From NCBI GenBank assembly GCA_002778465.1, contig PFBV01000001.1, positions 4,150 through 68,149 on the forward strand: a stretch of 64,000 nt of DNA, in the 5' to 3' direction. Position numbers and translations under genes: made by a program. This DNA is from Candidatus Magasanikbacteria bacterium CG10_big_fil_rev_8_21_14_0_10_36_32 (GTDB taxonomy: Bacteria > Patescibacteriota > Patescibacteriia > Magasanikbacterales > GWA2-37-8). The notes under the pieces are model-generated. The model was not told where the DNA came from. It saw nothing but the letters and a program-made list of their open reading frames with translations, and did not search any database. This document shows, one piece after another, positions 27,460 to 36,908 of this stretch (the first letter of the stretch is position 1; every line of letters starts with the position of its first letter).

Positions 27460-28068
27460 ATGAGCAATATTAGAGTATGTGCTGCATGTGGAAAAGAACA
27501 AGCCATTGATAACTTTTCTGTTGATAGATCTGAAAATGATGGCAGGAGTCGGGTGTGTAAAAAATGTAACAAGGAATCCTGTAAAAAGTATGTTCAATCA
27601 AATTATAAAAAAAATAAAGAAAAATTAAACAATGGCACCCTTGACGAACCAACCAAAGTTAAAAAATGCAGAATATGTAAAAAAAATAAGGCCACCATAT
27701 CTTCATTGTGGCCCAGAGATTTTAGCAGAAGAGATGGTTTTAACACTGCTTGCAAAGTTTGTGTGGCTATTAAACAACAACGTCCAAATGAGGTTTTAGC
27801 TAAAATGAAACAAAATGCTAAAAAAAGAGGGCTTGAATTTCATTTGTCCATAGAAGACCTAAATAAATATTGGGGGAAACCCTGTTATTATTGTAATCAA
27901 AAAACAATTGGCTGGCTTGATAGAATAGATAGCTCAAAAGGATACGAGCTAAGTAATGTTGTCCCTTGCTGTGGAATATGTAATACAATGAAGTTAGATT
28001 TACCAGAAGATAAATTTTATAGCCACATGAAATTAATTTTAGAAAATATTAAACAACGAAATAAATAG
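27460..28068 (+). CDS. tandem zinc-ribbon + HNH-like nuclease-fold protein
   Basis: Two CxxC...CxxC ribbons at the N-terminus. The C-terminus (WGKPCYYC...LDRIDSSKGYELSNVVPCCGICNTMK) follows the HNH layout CxxC..D[H]I.P...G.....N...C..CN..K, with Arg in the usual His position. Confidence 0.5.
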   Translation: MSNIRVCAACGKEQAIDNFSVDRSENDGRSRVCKKCNKESCKKYVQSNYKKNKEKLNNGTLDEPTKVKKCRICKKNKATISSLWPRDFSRRDGFNTACKVCVAIKQQRPNEVLAKMKQNAKKRGLEFHLSIEDLNKYWGKPCYYCNQKTIGWLDRIDSSKGYELSNVVPCCGICNTMKLDLPEDKFYSHMKLILENIKQRNK

Positions 28069-28110
28069 ATCTATAACAAAAAAACACGAAAAAAATTGTG
28101 TAAATAAATT

Positions 28111-28779
28111 ATGACAGAAAATATTATACAGGAGCACAATCAGCGAGAAAAAGATGTAATTGATTTTTTAACGACGGCATCTGAGGAAATCAATTATTCT
28201 ATAAGTAAGCAACCAAATGGCGACCCATTGCTTCCACATAGGGCGCGCTTGTCTTTAATTTTTACTTTAATTGATATTTTGGGATTATATTGGGATAAAT
28301 ATTGTGGATTAAACAATACTCAAAGTATATACTTCAAAAATTGGGTATCGTTTTTTTGTTTAACACAGGAAAATGCAGTATATGATAAAAATAAATTTAT
28401 TAAACAATTTAATTGTGAAGATTTTTATAAATTGAGATGTTCCATACTACACTTTTATGGCATACCAAGAACAAGTGAAGGAATACAATATATTCTATTG
28501 CCCGATTTTAATATAATTCAAAAAATGAATTTCAAATCAACACCTGAAGCATTTGTAGATGTTTTATCTTCCAGCATTAAAGCAGAGCATAGGATAGTAC
28601 AAATAGAGCTTTTTAAACAATTGGTTTGGACAGGAAGTATTAGCATGATAAATAAAATGAAACAATATCTTAAAGCCCAGCCGCAGCAGCACATTGATGG
28701 AATAAAAAGAATACATGAAGAAGTAAAAGATCGGGGAGTTAGCAAAATTAATATGGAAGAGGGGAATATTTCTAAATAA
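28111..28779 (+). CDS. hypothetical protein with possible HEPN-like Rx4H motif
   Basis: It contains LRCSILHFYG (R-x4-H). This is weak evidence. Confidence 0.4.
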   Translation: MTENIIQEHNQREKDVIDFLTTASEEINYSISKQPNGDPLLPHRARLSLIFTLIDILGLYWDKYCGLNNTQSIYFKNWVSFFCLTQENAVYDKNKFIKQFNCEDFYKLRCSILHFYGIPRTSEGIQYILLPDFNIIQKMNFKSTPEAFVDVLSSSIKAEHRIVQIELFKQLVWTGSISMINKMKQYLKAQPQQHIDGIKRIHEEVKDRGVSKINMEEGNISK

Positions 28780-28797
28780 TTTATTTTAACAAAAAAA

Positions 28798-28823
28798 TCA
28801 CCCGTTTCGGCGGGTAATTTTTT
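28798..28823. terminator. terminator between the 5-gene operon and convergent recombinase gene
   Basis: An acccg / cgggt stem is followed by a T-run. Confidence 0.5.
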
Positions 28824-28833
28824 ATTTGATATT

Positions 28834-29796
28834 TTACTTTTCGCCGCTGTGGAATTTTTTGTGGATGTCGCGAAGGCGGGGATTGGTCAAATGAGTATAA
28901 ATCTGCGTTGTGACGATGTTTTTATGCCCTAAAAGCTCCTGAACAGAGCGCATATCCGCGCCTTTTTCCAGTAAATCAGTGGCAAAACTATGTCTAAGCG
29001 TGTGTGGAGTGGCGTCCACCGGCAAACCGGCCATGGCATTATATCTTTTAACCATTCTTTCAATCGAGCGGGGAGTCAGCCGATGTTCTTTATCTTCCTT
29101 ATCCGTCCGGTAATTGATAAATAACGGCTGAAACATATCCTGGCGGGTTTTGAGATAAGCGCCCAGCCATTTCAGCGCCCGTTCGGAGAAAAAAACCACC
29201 CGCATTGAACCGCCTTTTCCGGCGATGGATAATTCCTGATCGGAAAATTTTCCGTTGATTAAATTTTCTACATTAAACTGCTTAATATTAAGCGACGTTA
29301 ATTCAGAGACGCGCATGCCAGTAGAGAAGAGGACTTCTAAAATCGCCCTGTCACGCATTCCTTCAGGGCTTTCTAAATCAGCCATGGAGAGCAATTTCTC
29401 CACCTGATCAAACTTAAGGAACTTAATCGCTTTGTCCTTATCAGTCAATTTGGGTAATTTTATCTTCTCGGCCGGTAAAGCGACGATATCTTTCTCGGCG
29501 AAATAATTTAAAAGGTTGCGCAAGGCGATTAGATAGTAGTTTTGAGTCGTCTTTTTGGAATAATGGCCCTTGAGGTCTTTTTTGCGTGAAAGGTATAGGC
29601 GGTAGTCCCAAATGTGCTTAGGGGTCAACTCATGGGGCTTAAGATTGTCCTGGCGGGTCATCTTTAGCCAGCCGGAGAATATTTTGAGGAAGTTATCATA
29701 GTTGTGGCTGGTAACGGGAGACAAACCTTTTTCCACCTCGCAGTAATCCAAAAAAGAACTGATCTGTTTAATTATAGGGGTGGATGACTTATTCAT
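28834..29796 (-). CDS. tyrosine site-specific recombinase (XerC/XerD-family integrase)
   Basis: The C-terminal HTLRHSFATDLLEKGADMRSVQELLGHKNIVTTQIYTHL carries the catalytic R..H..R..Y tetrad context. There is an N-terminal core-binding domain. Confidence 0.85.
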   Translation of the reverse strand: MNKSSTPIIKQISSFLDYCEVEKGLSPVTSHNYDNFLKIFSGWLKMTRQDNLKPHELTPKHIWDYRLYLSRKKDLKGHYSKKTTQNYYLIALRNLLNYFAEKDIVALPAEKIKLPKLTDKDKAIKFLKFDQVEKLLSMADLESPEGMRDRAILEVLFSTGMRVSELTSLNIKQFNVENLINGKFSDQELSIAGKGGSMRVVFFSERALKWLGAYLKTRQDMFQPLFINYRTDKEDKEHRLTPRSIERMVKRYNAMAGLPVDATPHTLRHSFATDLLEKGADMRSVQELLGHKNIVTTQIYTHLTNPRLRDIHKKFHSGEK

Positions 29797-29903
29797 ATAT
29801 TAATAGGTTTCGGCCTTATTTAATGTATATAGCGTCGCTTAATCTATGTTATACGACGTTAAGTATATTATAACAATAACACTCCTCTTCCGTCAATATA
29901 TGC

Positions 29904-30941
29904 TTATTTCCAGAAAATCCTCTCGCCGTAGTATAAGTTCACATACTCCGTCGGTTTGATGTCGCGCAGAAGAACTTTTAGATTATTAATTTGTGTTTCT
30001 AAATCATTTTGCGGATTAAAAATTACATACCAAGTCCGATCCAGATAAGATTTTATTCCTGTAGATAAATTATCTATTTCAAAGTACTTTACTTTACCTA
30101 TCCCCCCTTTTTGTATCATACTTTGCCATTCAGTGATAACTGATAATAAACTCACCGGTAAAATGTTTGTTTGCTTAATCTCAATCGGAATTAGCCGTGT
30201 ATCATAAATCACCGGCAAATATTTCAAATCAAAGGTGTTAAACTTCGTTAAATCCGGTTTATACACGGTGGTGGTGACTGTTTCAGTGGTCATCGGAGTG
30301 TTTGTGGCGGACGGAGATGTATCGGACAAGGTTGAGGTGTTGGTGGTGGTAGCGATAATTGTAGTGGTAGGGATTATATCATTAAATAGTTTGCTTATGG
30401 CTGTCCCCTCCAGATCTAACAGATAAGTTTCTAAACCATTATCATAGATGATAGCGGAATTTTTTTCCGTCATTTCAATTTTTAATTCTTTTGGAAATAT
30501 TTTTTCCACTTTTAATTCGCTTAGCAAATATTTTTGTTGCAAATCAGAATAAATTTTATCAGTATCGACTAGAAAATAATTGTTTGATGGCCAAACTTTT
30601 CTACCCGTTAGGTAAGTATCCATTATATATGTCTCCATTTCGGTTGAGCTGATTATTTTTGACCCAATAATTGATATTTTAGTCATTTTGAAATATGGCA
30701 AAAATAGCATTAAGCCAAGCCATAGTAAAAATAAAATACTCAGCAAGATTAAAATAAATACTAAATGCCAATTCCGTTGTTTTGGCTGGCGCCACGGATT
30801 AGACGATGTCCACGAGTCTCTTGAAGGATTAATTCTAGTATTGTGCGTTTGTTTTTTTGCGCCAAAAAAACGCTTCCAAAAGCTTTGTTTCGGACGGCGA
30901 TGGTAAGTTTGGTTGCTGAATTGAGTGTGATATTGGCGCAC
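29904..30941 (-). CDS. ftsQ: cell division protein FtsQ/DivIB-like (TM + POTRA, Thr-rich linker)
   Basis: An N-terminal basic region and TM, a POTRA-like KISIIGSKIISSTEMETYI segment and a low-complexity T-rich stretch. Confidence 0.55.
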   Translation of the reverse strand: MRQYHTQFSNQTYHRRPKQSFWKRFFGAKKQTHNTRINPSRDSWTSSNPWRQPKQRNWHLVFILILLSILFLLWLGLMLFLPYFKMTKISIIGSKIISSTEMETYIMDTYLTGRKVWPSNNYFLVDTDKIYSDLQQKYLLSELKVEKIFPKELKIEMTEKNSAIIYDNGLETYLLDLEGTAISKLFNDIIPTTTIIATTTNTSTLSDTSPSATNTPMTTETVTTTVYKPDLTKFNTFDLKYLPVIYDTRLIPIEIKQTNILPVSLLSVITEWQSMIQKGGIGKVKYFEIDNLSTGIKSYLDRTWYVIFNPQNDLETQINNLKVLLRDIKPTEYVNLYYGERIFWK

Positions 30942-30944
30942 AGC

Positions 30945-32066
30945 TTACTTGTTAATGGGTTTTCTTATTAATAATGGATTTATTCTATCCACGATTTCAT
31001 AGTTGATGGTCCCCGCCCATTTAGCTAATTCATCGGCGGTAATTTCTTTTTTTCCTTGTCGTCCGATTAGAGTGGCCTTATCCCCGACTTTAACATTTTT
31101 TACGGCGGAAACATCAGCCATACAAATATTCATACAGATGCGACCGCGAATCGGACAGCGAATTCCATTTATCAAAACAAAAGCGTTGTTGGACAAGTTA
31201 CGGTCATATCCGTCCCAATAACCGATAGGCAAAGTTGCCAGTTTGGTAGTTTTTTTAGTGGTATAAGAACCGCCATAACCGATTTTGGACCATGCTGGCA
31301 CTGTGCGCACTTGTATTATTTTGGTATGCCAAGATAAAGCCGGTTGAAGTTTTATTTTTTTCTTGCTTAATTCATCAGGATAAAGTCCATACAAACTCAA
31401 CCCCAGTCTGATGGCATTCAAATGGCTTTTAGCGTACAAAACGCTAGCAGCCGAGCAAGCAAAATGTTTTAAAGGAAATTTAAAACCTTGTTGTTCTGCC
31501 TCCCCCACCATTGTTTCAAAACGCTTCATTTGATATTCGGTAAACACCCTATCCTCTTCACTGGCGGCAAAGTGACTGAACAATCCATCAATTTTTAAAT
31601 TTGAAAATTTTTTAATTTTTTTCAAAAATGGAATAAATTCTTCAGGTAATAACCCTACTCGAGATGCGCCAGTGTCTACTTTAATATGCACTTTAATTTT
31701 TTTACTGGCTCTCTCCCCTATTTTATTGAGGAAAATGGCTTGTTTTAGCGTAAAAAGAGGAAAAATTACGCCTTTTTTGGCTAAAATTAGCCCTTTTTTA
31801 GGGTTATCAGTTTCGTAAAAAGTTAAAATAACAATCGGTTTTTTTATTCCCAGTTCAACTAAGGATACAGCTTCATCATCATTAACTACGCAAATCTTGT
31901 CAACTTCGGTTGCTTTATCACATATTTTTGCTACATCAAAAAAACCATGCCCGTAGGCGTTGGCTTTTATGACAGGCATCAAAAGACAATCCGGACCGAT
32001 TAATTTTCGGAACTGCTGAAGGTTATGTTTTATGGCTTTTTGGCTGACCTCTATCCATGTAAGCAT
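30945..32066 (-). CDS. alr: alanine racemase
   Basis: The VIKANAYGHG PLP-Lys motif and 373 aa. Confidence 0.9.
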   Translation of the reverse strand: MLTWIEVSQKAIKHNLQQFRKLIGPDCLLMPVIKANAYGHGFFDVAKICDKATEVDKICVVNDDEAVSLVELGIKKPIVILTFYETDNPKKGLILAKKGVIFPLFTLKQAIFLNKIGERASKKIKVHIKVDTGASRVGLLPEEFIPFLKKIKKFSNLKIDGLFSHFAASEEDRVFTEYQMKRFETMVGEAEQQGFKFPLKHFACSAASVLYAKSHLNAIRLGLSLYGLYPDELSKKKIKLQPALSWHTKIIQVRTVPAWSKIGYGGSYTTKKTTKLATLPIGYWDGYDRNLSNNAFVLINGIRCPIRGRICMNICMADVSAVKNVKVGDKATLIGRQGKKEITADELAKWAGTINYEIVDRINPLLIRKPINK

Positions 32067-32118
32067 AAATCGTGCAATAATTTTGTAATTTTTAAATAAT
32101 GCTTAAATTTTTAATGTT

Positions 32119-32170
32119 TTAAAATTAAGACATTAAGAAATTATTTACAAAATTAAAAATTGGAAATTAA
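32119..32170. repeat. A-tract-rich intergenic element, copy 2
   Basis: It shares attaagaaattattta[a/c]aaaatta...aaattaaaaattct with 25471-25531. Confidence 0.35.
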
Positions 32171-32187
32171 AAATTCTAAAAAATTGA

Positions 32188-33450
32188 TTATAACTTCTTA
32201 AATCCGCAAAGTTTTTTCAGTTTTTTAGGTATTCGAATACTCCCGTCTTTTTGTTGATGATTTTCCGCGATGACAATGGGAAATCGTGATAAAACCACAG
32301 CTGTACCATTGAGAGTGTGAACAAATTCGTTTGTGCCATCAGCAGTTTTATATTTTATGTTTAATCGCCGAGCTTGATAATCGGCACAGTTGCTGCACGA
32401 AGTGATTTCTCCATAACCGCCTTGTTTATCTTTGTCCCCTTTCATTGTCATCCAAGCTTCAATATCAAATTTTCTATAAGCCGGACCACCTAAATCCCCA
32501 CTGGAAATATCTATCACGCGGTAGGGAATATCCAATCCATCCACGATTTCTTTTTCAATGTTTAAAATTTCTTCATGATATTTTTCACTGTCTTCAGGTT
32601 TGCAAAAAACAAACATTTCCAGTTTGGTAAATTGATGAACGCGATATAATCCTTTGCTGGTTCGGCCGTAAGCGCCGGCTTCCGTTCGGAAACAATGAGA
32701 AACCGCCACATATTTTTTTGGGCCAGTTGATAAATCCAGCACCTCGTTTTGGTGCATTCCGCCAATGGTAATTTCAGCGGTGCCGATTAAACTTAAATCA
32801 CTGTTTTCAATAGAATAAACCTGTGTTTCTTTGCCGCGCGGATTAAATCCGATACCTTCCAAAATATCGTTTCTTGCTAAATCCGGCGTTTCTAATAATT
32901 CATAACTATGCTTAGTCGTAATATCCATTCCATAATCCAATAGCGCGTGAGTTAATCGAACTAAATTATTTTTAAAATAATAAAATTTCGCGCCGGATAC
33001 TTTTGTTGCTCGTTCAAAATCAATCAGATTATTTTTAACCAGCAATTCTTCATGATCTTTTGGTGGAAAACTAAACGGTTTCGGTTCACGGTTAGTGAAA
33101 ATTACTCTAAAATCATCTTCGCCGCCGATTGGAGACGATGGATGAGTCATATTTGGTATTTGTCCCATTAAATCCTTATAGTCTTTGTCAATGATTTCCT
33201 GTTTTTCTTCCAATTTTTTTATTTTTCCGCCAATTTCACGCATAGCTTTTATTTCATCAGCCGAAGGTTTTCCTTCTTTGCCGGATGACGCTTTATTGCG
33301 AGTAGCGCGCAGTTCTTCAATTTCTTGAAGATTACTACGGCGTCTTTCGTCTAAGTCAAACAATTTATCTAAATCAATTTTAACGCGCCGATCGGCGCAA
33401 TTTTTCCGAACCAGTTCTTTGTTTTCACGGATAAATTTTATATCTAGCAT
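32188..33450 (-). CDS. serS: seryl-tRNA synthetase
   Basis: An N-terminal coiled-coil arm followed by class II motifs (FRTEAG, GLYRVHQF). Confidence 0.9.
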   Translation of the reverse strand: MLDIKFIRENKELVRKNCADRRVKIDLDKLFDLDERRRSNLQEIEELRATRNKASSGKEGKPSADEIKAMREIGGKIKKLEEKQEIIDKDYKDLMGQIPNMTHPSSPIGGEDDFRVIFTNREPKPFSFPPKDHEELLVKNNLIDFERATKVSGAKFYYFKNNLVRLTHALLDYGMDITTKHSYELLETPDLARNDILEGIGFNPRGKETQVYSIENSDLSLIGTAEITIGGMHQNEVLDLSTGPKKYVAVSHCFRTEAGAYGRTSKGLYRVHQFTKLEMFVFCKPEDSEKYHEEILNIEKEIVDGLDIPYRVIDISSGDLGGPAYRKFDIEAWMTMKGDKDKQGGYGEITSCSNCADYQARRLNIKYKTADGTNEFVHTLNGTAVVLSRFPIVIAENHQQKDGSIRIPKKLKKLCGFKKL

Positions 33451-33453
33451 AGC

Positions 33454-34056
33454 TTAGTAATTATTTTTTAAAAATTCTTTTATTTGTTTAACTAATTGTC
33501 CACGATGGCTTATTTTATTTTTTTGCAATATGGACATTTGAGATAATAATTTGTTAGACGGCAGATGATAAAAAATCAAATCATAAGTCATTCCCTCTCT
33601 TAATTTGTCATCCGACATTTTTGCTGTGATTACACCGTCAACTCGGCCTTGAAAAATATGAAAATCATTATTTTTTGGATTGTATATGCAGCCATGTGTC
33701 AGAAAAAATGCTTGCCGTTTTGATTTTTTAACACCGGACAGCATTTTTAATATCTTTTTGTTTCGTTCATCAGCTGTTTTACCGAATCGTTTGGCTTTTA
33801 TTCCCGGCTTACCTTTTATATAATCAACACAGAATGCTGTATCTTCCGCAATGGTGAGTAAACCTGTTTTTTTCGCATAAAATTTGGCTTTGTGCAAAGC
33901 GTTTTCCCAAGTGGTAGCGTAAGGTTCATCCACCTCTGTGTTATTTTTTAGTTTGATTGAATTTAAATTTAAAAATTTAAAGGGCAATTTTTTTAATTGC
34001 GCGACAATTTCTTCAAATTTACCTTGATTAGTCGTGGCAATTAAAATTTTTTTCAT
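33454..34056 (-). CDS. rdgB: XTP/dITP diphosphatase (RdgB/Ham1 family)
   Basis: Carries the IATTNQGKFEE N-terminal motif. Confidence 0.8.
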   Translation of the reverse strand: MKKILIATTNQGKFEEIVAQLKKLPFKFLNLNSIKLKNNTEVDEPYATTWENALHKAKFYAKKTGLLTIAEDTAFCVDYIKGKPGIKAKRFGKTADERNKKILKMLSGVKKSKRQAFFLTHGCIYNPKNNDFHIFQGRVDGVITAKMSDDKLREGMTYDLIFYHLPSNKLLSQMSILQKNKISHRGQLVKQIKEFLKNNY

Positions 34057-34064
34057 ATTTTAAT

Positions 34065-35528
34065 TTAGTCTTGATTTTTTAATGTTGGGAATAAAATCAC
34101 TTCTTTCAAATTATCAGCGTTGGTCAAAAGTTTGACCAGGCGATCAATACCCATGCCAAAACCGGCTGTTGGTGGCATGCCATGTTTTAAAGCTTCTATA
34201 TAATCTTCGTCATAACGCATACCTTCTTCATCGCCAAGTTGGCGTAATTTTTCTTGTTCTTTAAAACGAGCTTCCTGATCCAACGGATCGTTCAACTCGG
34301 AAAACGCGTTGCACAATTCATTGCCACCAACACAAACTAATTGAAATCTTTCAGCATAACGCGGATCATCGGTTTTCTTTTTGGATAATGGAGAAAGTTC
34401 AATCGGGTGGTCAGTCATAAAAGTTGGATTGATGATTTTTGGTCGGGCGAAAGTTTTATAAATCTCATCAATTAATTTTCCTCGCCCAGTATTTTTATCA
34501 ATATCTTCTACCTTTAATTTTATCGCTTGTTTGTAAAGTGATGGCTGATCCGGGTAATCTTCTATGTCAATCTTGGCGTATTTTTTGATTATTTCTCGCA
34601 TAGTCACTCTTGGATATGGTGGAGTAAAATCAACGGTTCCGTCAGAAGTTTCAAATTTTAATGGTAAGCCGGCCGATTGAATTAATTTCGGTAATAAATC
34701 TTCAAATAAATTCATCAAATTCGTATAATCAGCATAGGCGCAATAACCTTCAATCTGAGTGAATTCCGGATTATGATTATTATCAATTCCTTCATTACGG
34801 AAACATTTTGCCACTTCGTATACTTTTTCAAAACCGCCGACGATTAGTCGTTTTAAAAATAATTCCGGCGCGACGCGGAGGTATAGTTGCATATCCAGCG
34901 CGTTGTGATGTGTTATAAAAGGTTTAGCATTAGCGCCACCGTAAAGTGTCTGAAGAATTGGAGTTTCCACTTCATAATAACCAAGTTTGTCAAAATAATT
35001 TCTTAATTCACGAACCAACAAACTTCTGATTTTAGCGATTTTCATCACTTCTTCGTTGGCTAGTAAATCCAAATAGCGTTTGCGATAGCGAGTTTCAATA
35101 TTAGACAAACCATGAAATTTTTCAGGCAAAGGTAAAAGAGATTTAGAAATTAAAGTGTATTTTTTTGCCAAAACGGAAATTTCGCCTTTGTGAGTGACAA
35201 ACATTTCTCCGTCAATTTGCAAAAAATCGCCCAAATCAATATTTTTCACGAAAAATTTGTAATTGTCTTTGCCCAATTCTTTTTCTGAGACAGCAATTTG
35301 TAAACGCCCGGAATCATCTTGAATATGACAAAAACAAAGTTTGCCCATTTCTCTTTTAGAAACAAGCCGCCCGTCAATAATTGTCGCTGAACCTTGTTCC
35401 ATTCCTCTTGCTTCGGCGGTTGTTTGCTGACGAAGGCAAGATGACGGATAAGGATTAATCTTAACCGCTCTAATTTCTTCCAAACGTTTTATGCGGGTTT
35501 GTTCTTCGTTTAAAATTTTGTCTTCCAT
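34065..35528 (-). CDS. lysS: lysyl-tRNA synthetase, class II
   Basis: An OB-fold N-terminus followed by class II motifs (FRNEG, GGGIGIDRL-like GMGIDRL). Confidence 0.9.
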   Translation of the reverse strand: MEDKILNEEQTRIKRLEEIRAVKINPYPSSCLRQQTTAEARGMEQGSATIIDGRLVSKREMGKLCFCHIQDDSGRLQIAVSEKELGKDNYKFFVKNIDLGDFLQIDGEMFVTHKGEISVLAKKYTLISKSLLPLPEKFHGLSNIETRYRKRYLDLLANEEVMKIAKIRSLLVRELRNYFDKLGYYEVETPILQTLYGGANAKPFITHHNALDMQLYLRVAPELFLKRLIVGGFEKVYEVAKCFRNEGIDNNHNPEFTQIEGYCAYADYTNLMNLFEDLLPKLIQSAGLPLKFETSDGTVDFTPPYPRVTMREIIKKYAKIDIEDYPDQPSLYKQAIKLKVEDIDKNTGRGKLIDEIYKTFARPKIINPTFMTDHPIELSPLSKKKTDDPRYAERFQLVCVGGNELCNAFSELNDPLDQEARFKEQEKLRQLGDEEGMRYDEDYIEALKHGMPPTAGFGMGIDRLVKLLTNADNLKEVILFPTLKNQD

Positions 35529-35688
35529 ACAGATAAATTAAAAAAGATTTAGCCCTGAGAGCTTATGTAATTATAGCAGAAAAATAGAAATCAAGTCAAA
35601 GCTGGTTTGATACTTGATTTATTTGTAAACTTATGTTATAAAACACGAGCTAAAATAGCACGATTCACAAAATAGATAAGGAGGAATC

Positions 35689-36087
35689 ATGAAGTCTGTG
35701 AAGCGAAAACTGTTCATTTCATTGGAAGGACTTATTGAAAAAGTGTCAAGGATGCCGGTTAATATGGAAACCGCTGCTGATTTGAGAACCGGACTGTTTT
35801 GTCTCGGGTGCACACGCGATGATGTGCGGGAAGCTGTTGCTCAACTGGCGTCAGAAGGCAAAAGCTATCCGGCGGCAATGATCAGCGATGCTATATTTAT
35901 GGCCAATCTCCACGGTCGTATTCGTTGGGTGCTGGCTACGGAAATTCCAGCTTTTTATCACCTCAATTTTTTGCTGGTAGATAGCGGTTTCAAATCGCTT
36001 CGTCCCGTTCTGTATCATAATTACACAGCTGAGGAGATTATTCGTCTGATGGCGGAAACTAATCCGGAGCTGGAAGTCATTCCCTAA
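35689..36087 (+). CDS. hypothetical protein (132 aa), GC-rich gene
   Basis: A strong SD (AAGGAGG, 7 nt upstream) and a downstream terminator hairpin. No family recognised. Confidence 0.5.
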   Translation: MKSVKRKLFISLEGLIEKVSRMPVNMETAADLRTGLFCLGCTRDDVREAVAQLASEGKSYPAAMISDAIFMANLHGRIRWVLATEIPAFYHLNFLLVDSGFKSLRPVLYHNYTAEEIIRLMAETNPELEVIP

Positions 36088-36101
36088 ATAGTTCATTCTA
36101 T

Positions 36102-36130
36102 AACCCCTGATTTTATCGGGGGTTTGTTTT
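36102..36130 (+). terminator. terminator after 35689..36087
   Basis: An aacccc / ggggtt stem followed by a T-rich run. Confidence 0.5.
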
Positions 36131-36140
36131 TTATTGCAAA

Positions 36141-36168
36141 AATAAAAACACCCCGCTTGAACGGGGTG
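36141..36168 (-). terminator. terminator for the minus-strand small genes at 36190-36700
   Basis: A caccccg / cggggtg stem with a 6-nt loop, followed by a T-run on the minus strand. Confidence 0.55.
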
Positions 36169-36189
36169 TAAGAAAAGAACAGTGAATCG

Positions 36190-36369
36190 TTACTTCTTTT
36201 TTAATTTTGAGGGGGTGGTGGCTAGGATGAGCAATAGAAAGGCAATTGTCATATAAAATATCATACTGAGAGTGGTAGAATTTTCTACAATGAAACAGCT
36301 TAAAATCAAAATTCCGCTTGACAACAAGATTATTGCCAGTGCGATGATTTTGTCTTTATCGATTCGCAT
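36190..36369 (-). CDS. putative small two-TM membrane protein (59 aa) or frameshifted C-terminus of the upstream ORF
   Basis: The only clean TM segment (IIALAIILLSSGILILSCFIV...MIFYMTIAFLLLILA) starts at an internal Met. It overlaps the 36356 stop of the neighbouring ORF by 14 nt. Confidence 0.3.
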   Translation of the reverse strand: MRIDKDKIIALAIILLSSGILILSCFIVENSTTLSMIFYMTIAFLLLILATTPSKLKKK

Positions 36370-36700
36370 CGGTCGCGAGATGTTTGAGATTGACAAAATC
36401 CTTGAGGATGGTATTTTCGAGACGAAGCGCCGGAGCGCAAATGTATCGAATTTCAATCCTCCATGCCGATTGCCTGATGATATTTTTGCTCGACAACCTG
36501 AAAGTGTATTCAGCTGTTTTGAGCGAGATCTCATCTTTTTCAGAATTGTAGCTGGCGGATATGACCTCAACTTTCGTTTTGGTCACATTGAACATTTGAT
36601 GTCCTCCGACAGCGTACCAACCGCCAATGGCAATCAGGTGCAGAAAATTCTCGATCGGGAGATTTGCCTCAGGATGTCTTTTTCTGACTGGTGTCACCAT
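36356..36700 (-). CDS. hypothetical protein (114 aa), GC-rich gene
   Basis: An SD-like AAGGGG lies 8 nt upstream of the ATG. No family recognised. Confidence 0.4.
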   Translation of the reverse strand: MVTPVRKRHPEANLPIENFLHLIAIGGWYAVGGHQMFNVTKTKVEVISASYNSEKDEISLKTAEYTFRLSSKNIIRQSAWRIEIRYICAPALRLENTILKDFVNLKHLATDANR

Positions 36701-36858
36701 TATTTTCCCCTTGTTTTTAACCGGTTGGCGTTAGCCACTGGTTTGTATAAAAAGAACTTAATAACTTATCACAATAAATTTTCCATTTATTCACAACTTG
36801 CCATTATAGCACATTTTGAAGGTTTTGTCAAGCTTATTATTAAGATACCATAATATAC

Positions 36859-36882
36859 AAAAAATCCCGGTTAAGCCGAGAT
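36859..36882 (-). terminator. terminator downstream of greA
   Basis: A 7-bp stem with one G-U pair, followed by T6 on the minus strand. Confidence 0.45.
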
Positions 36883-36908
36883 TTATTGGATTTTACTTAT
36901 AGGATTTA

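Larger units (their letters stand above)
26094..29796. other. candidate accessory island (nuclease-rich operon + recombinase)
   Basis: Five + strand genes of unknown function with extreme AT content lie next to a tyrosine recombinase. They are inserted between housekeeping genes (ddl/HD upstream, ftsQ-alr-serS downstream). Confidence 0.35.

Noticed and set aside
29797-29903. A possible dif-like recombination site next to the XerC/D-family gene (palindromic tatatagcgtcg...cgacgttaagtatatta).
   Set aside because: It is imperfectly palindromic and I could not fit a convincing 11-6-11 XerC/XerD arm layout. It may simply be promoter or terminator structure.
36272-36853. A + strand 193-aa ORF spanning the GC-rich cassette.
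   Set aside because: It is antisense to two better-supported minus-strand ORFs with SD and terminator, and no start context was found.
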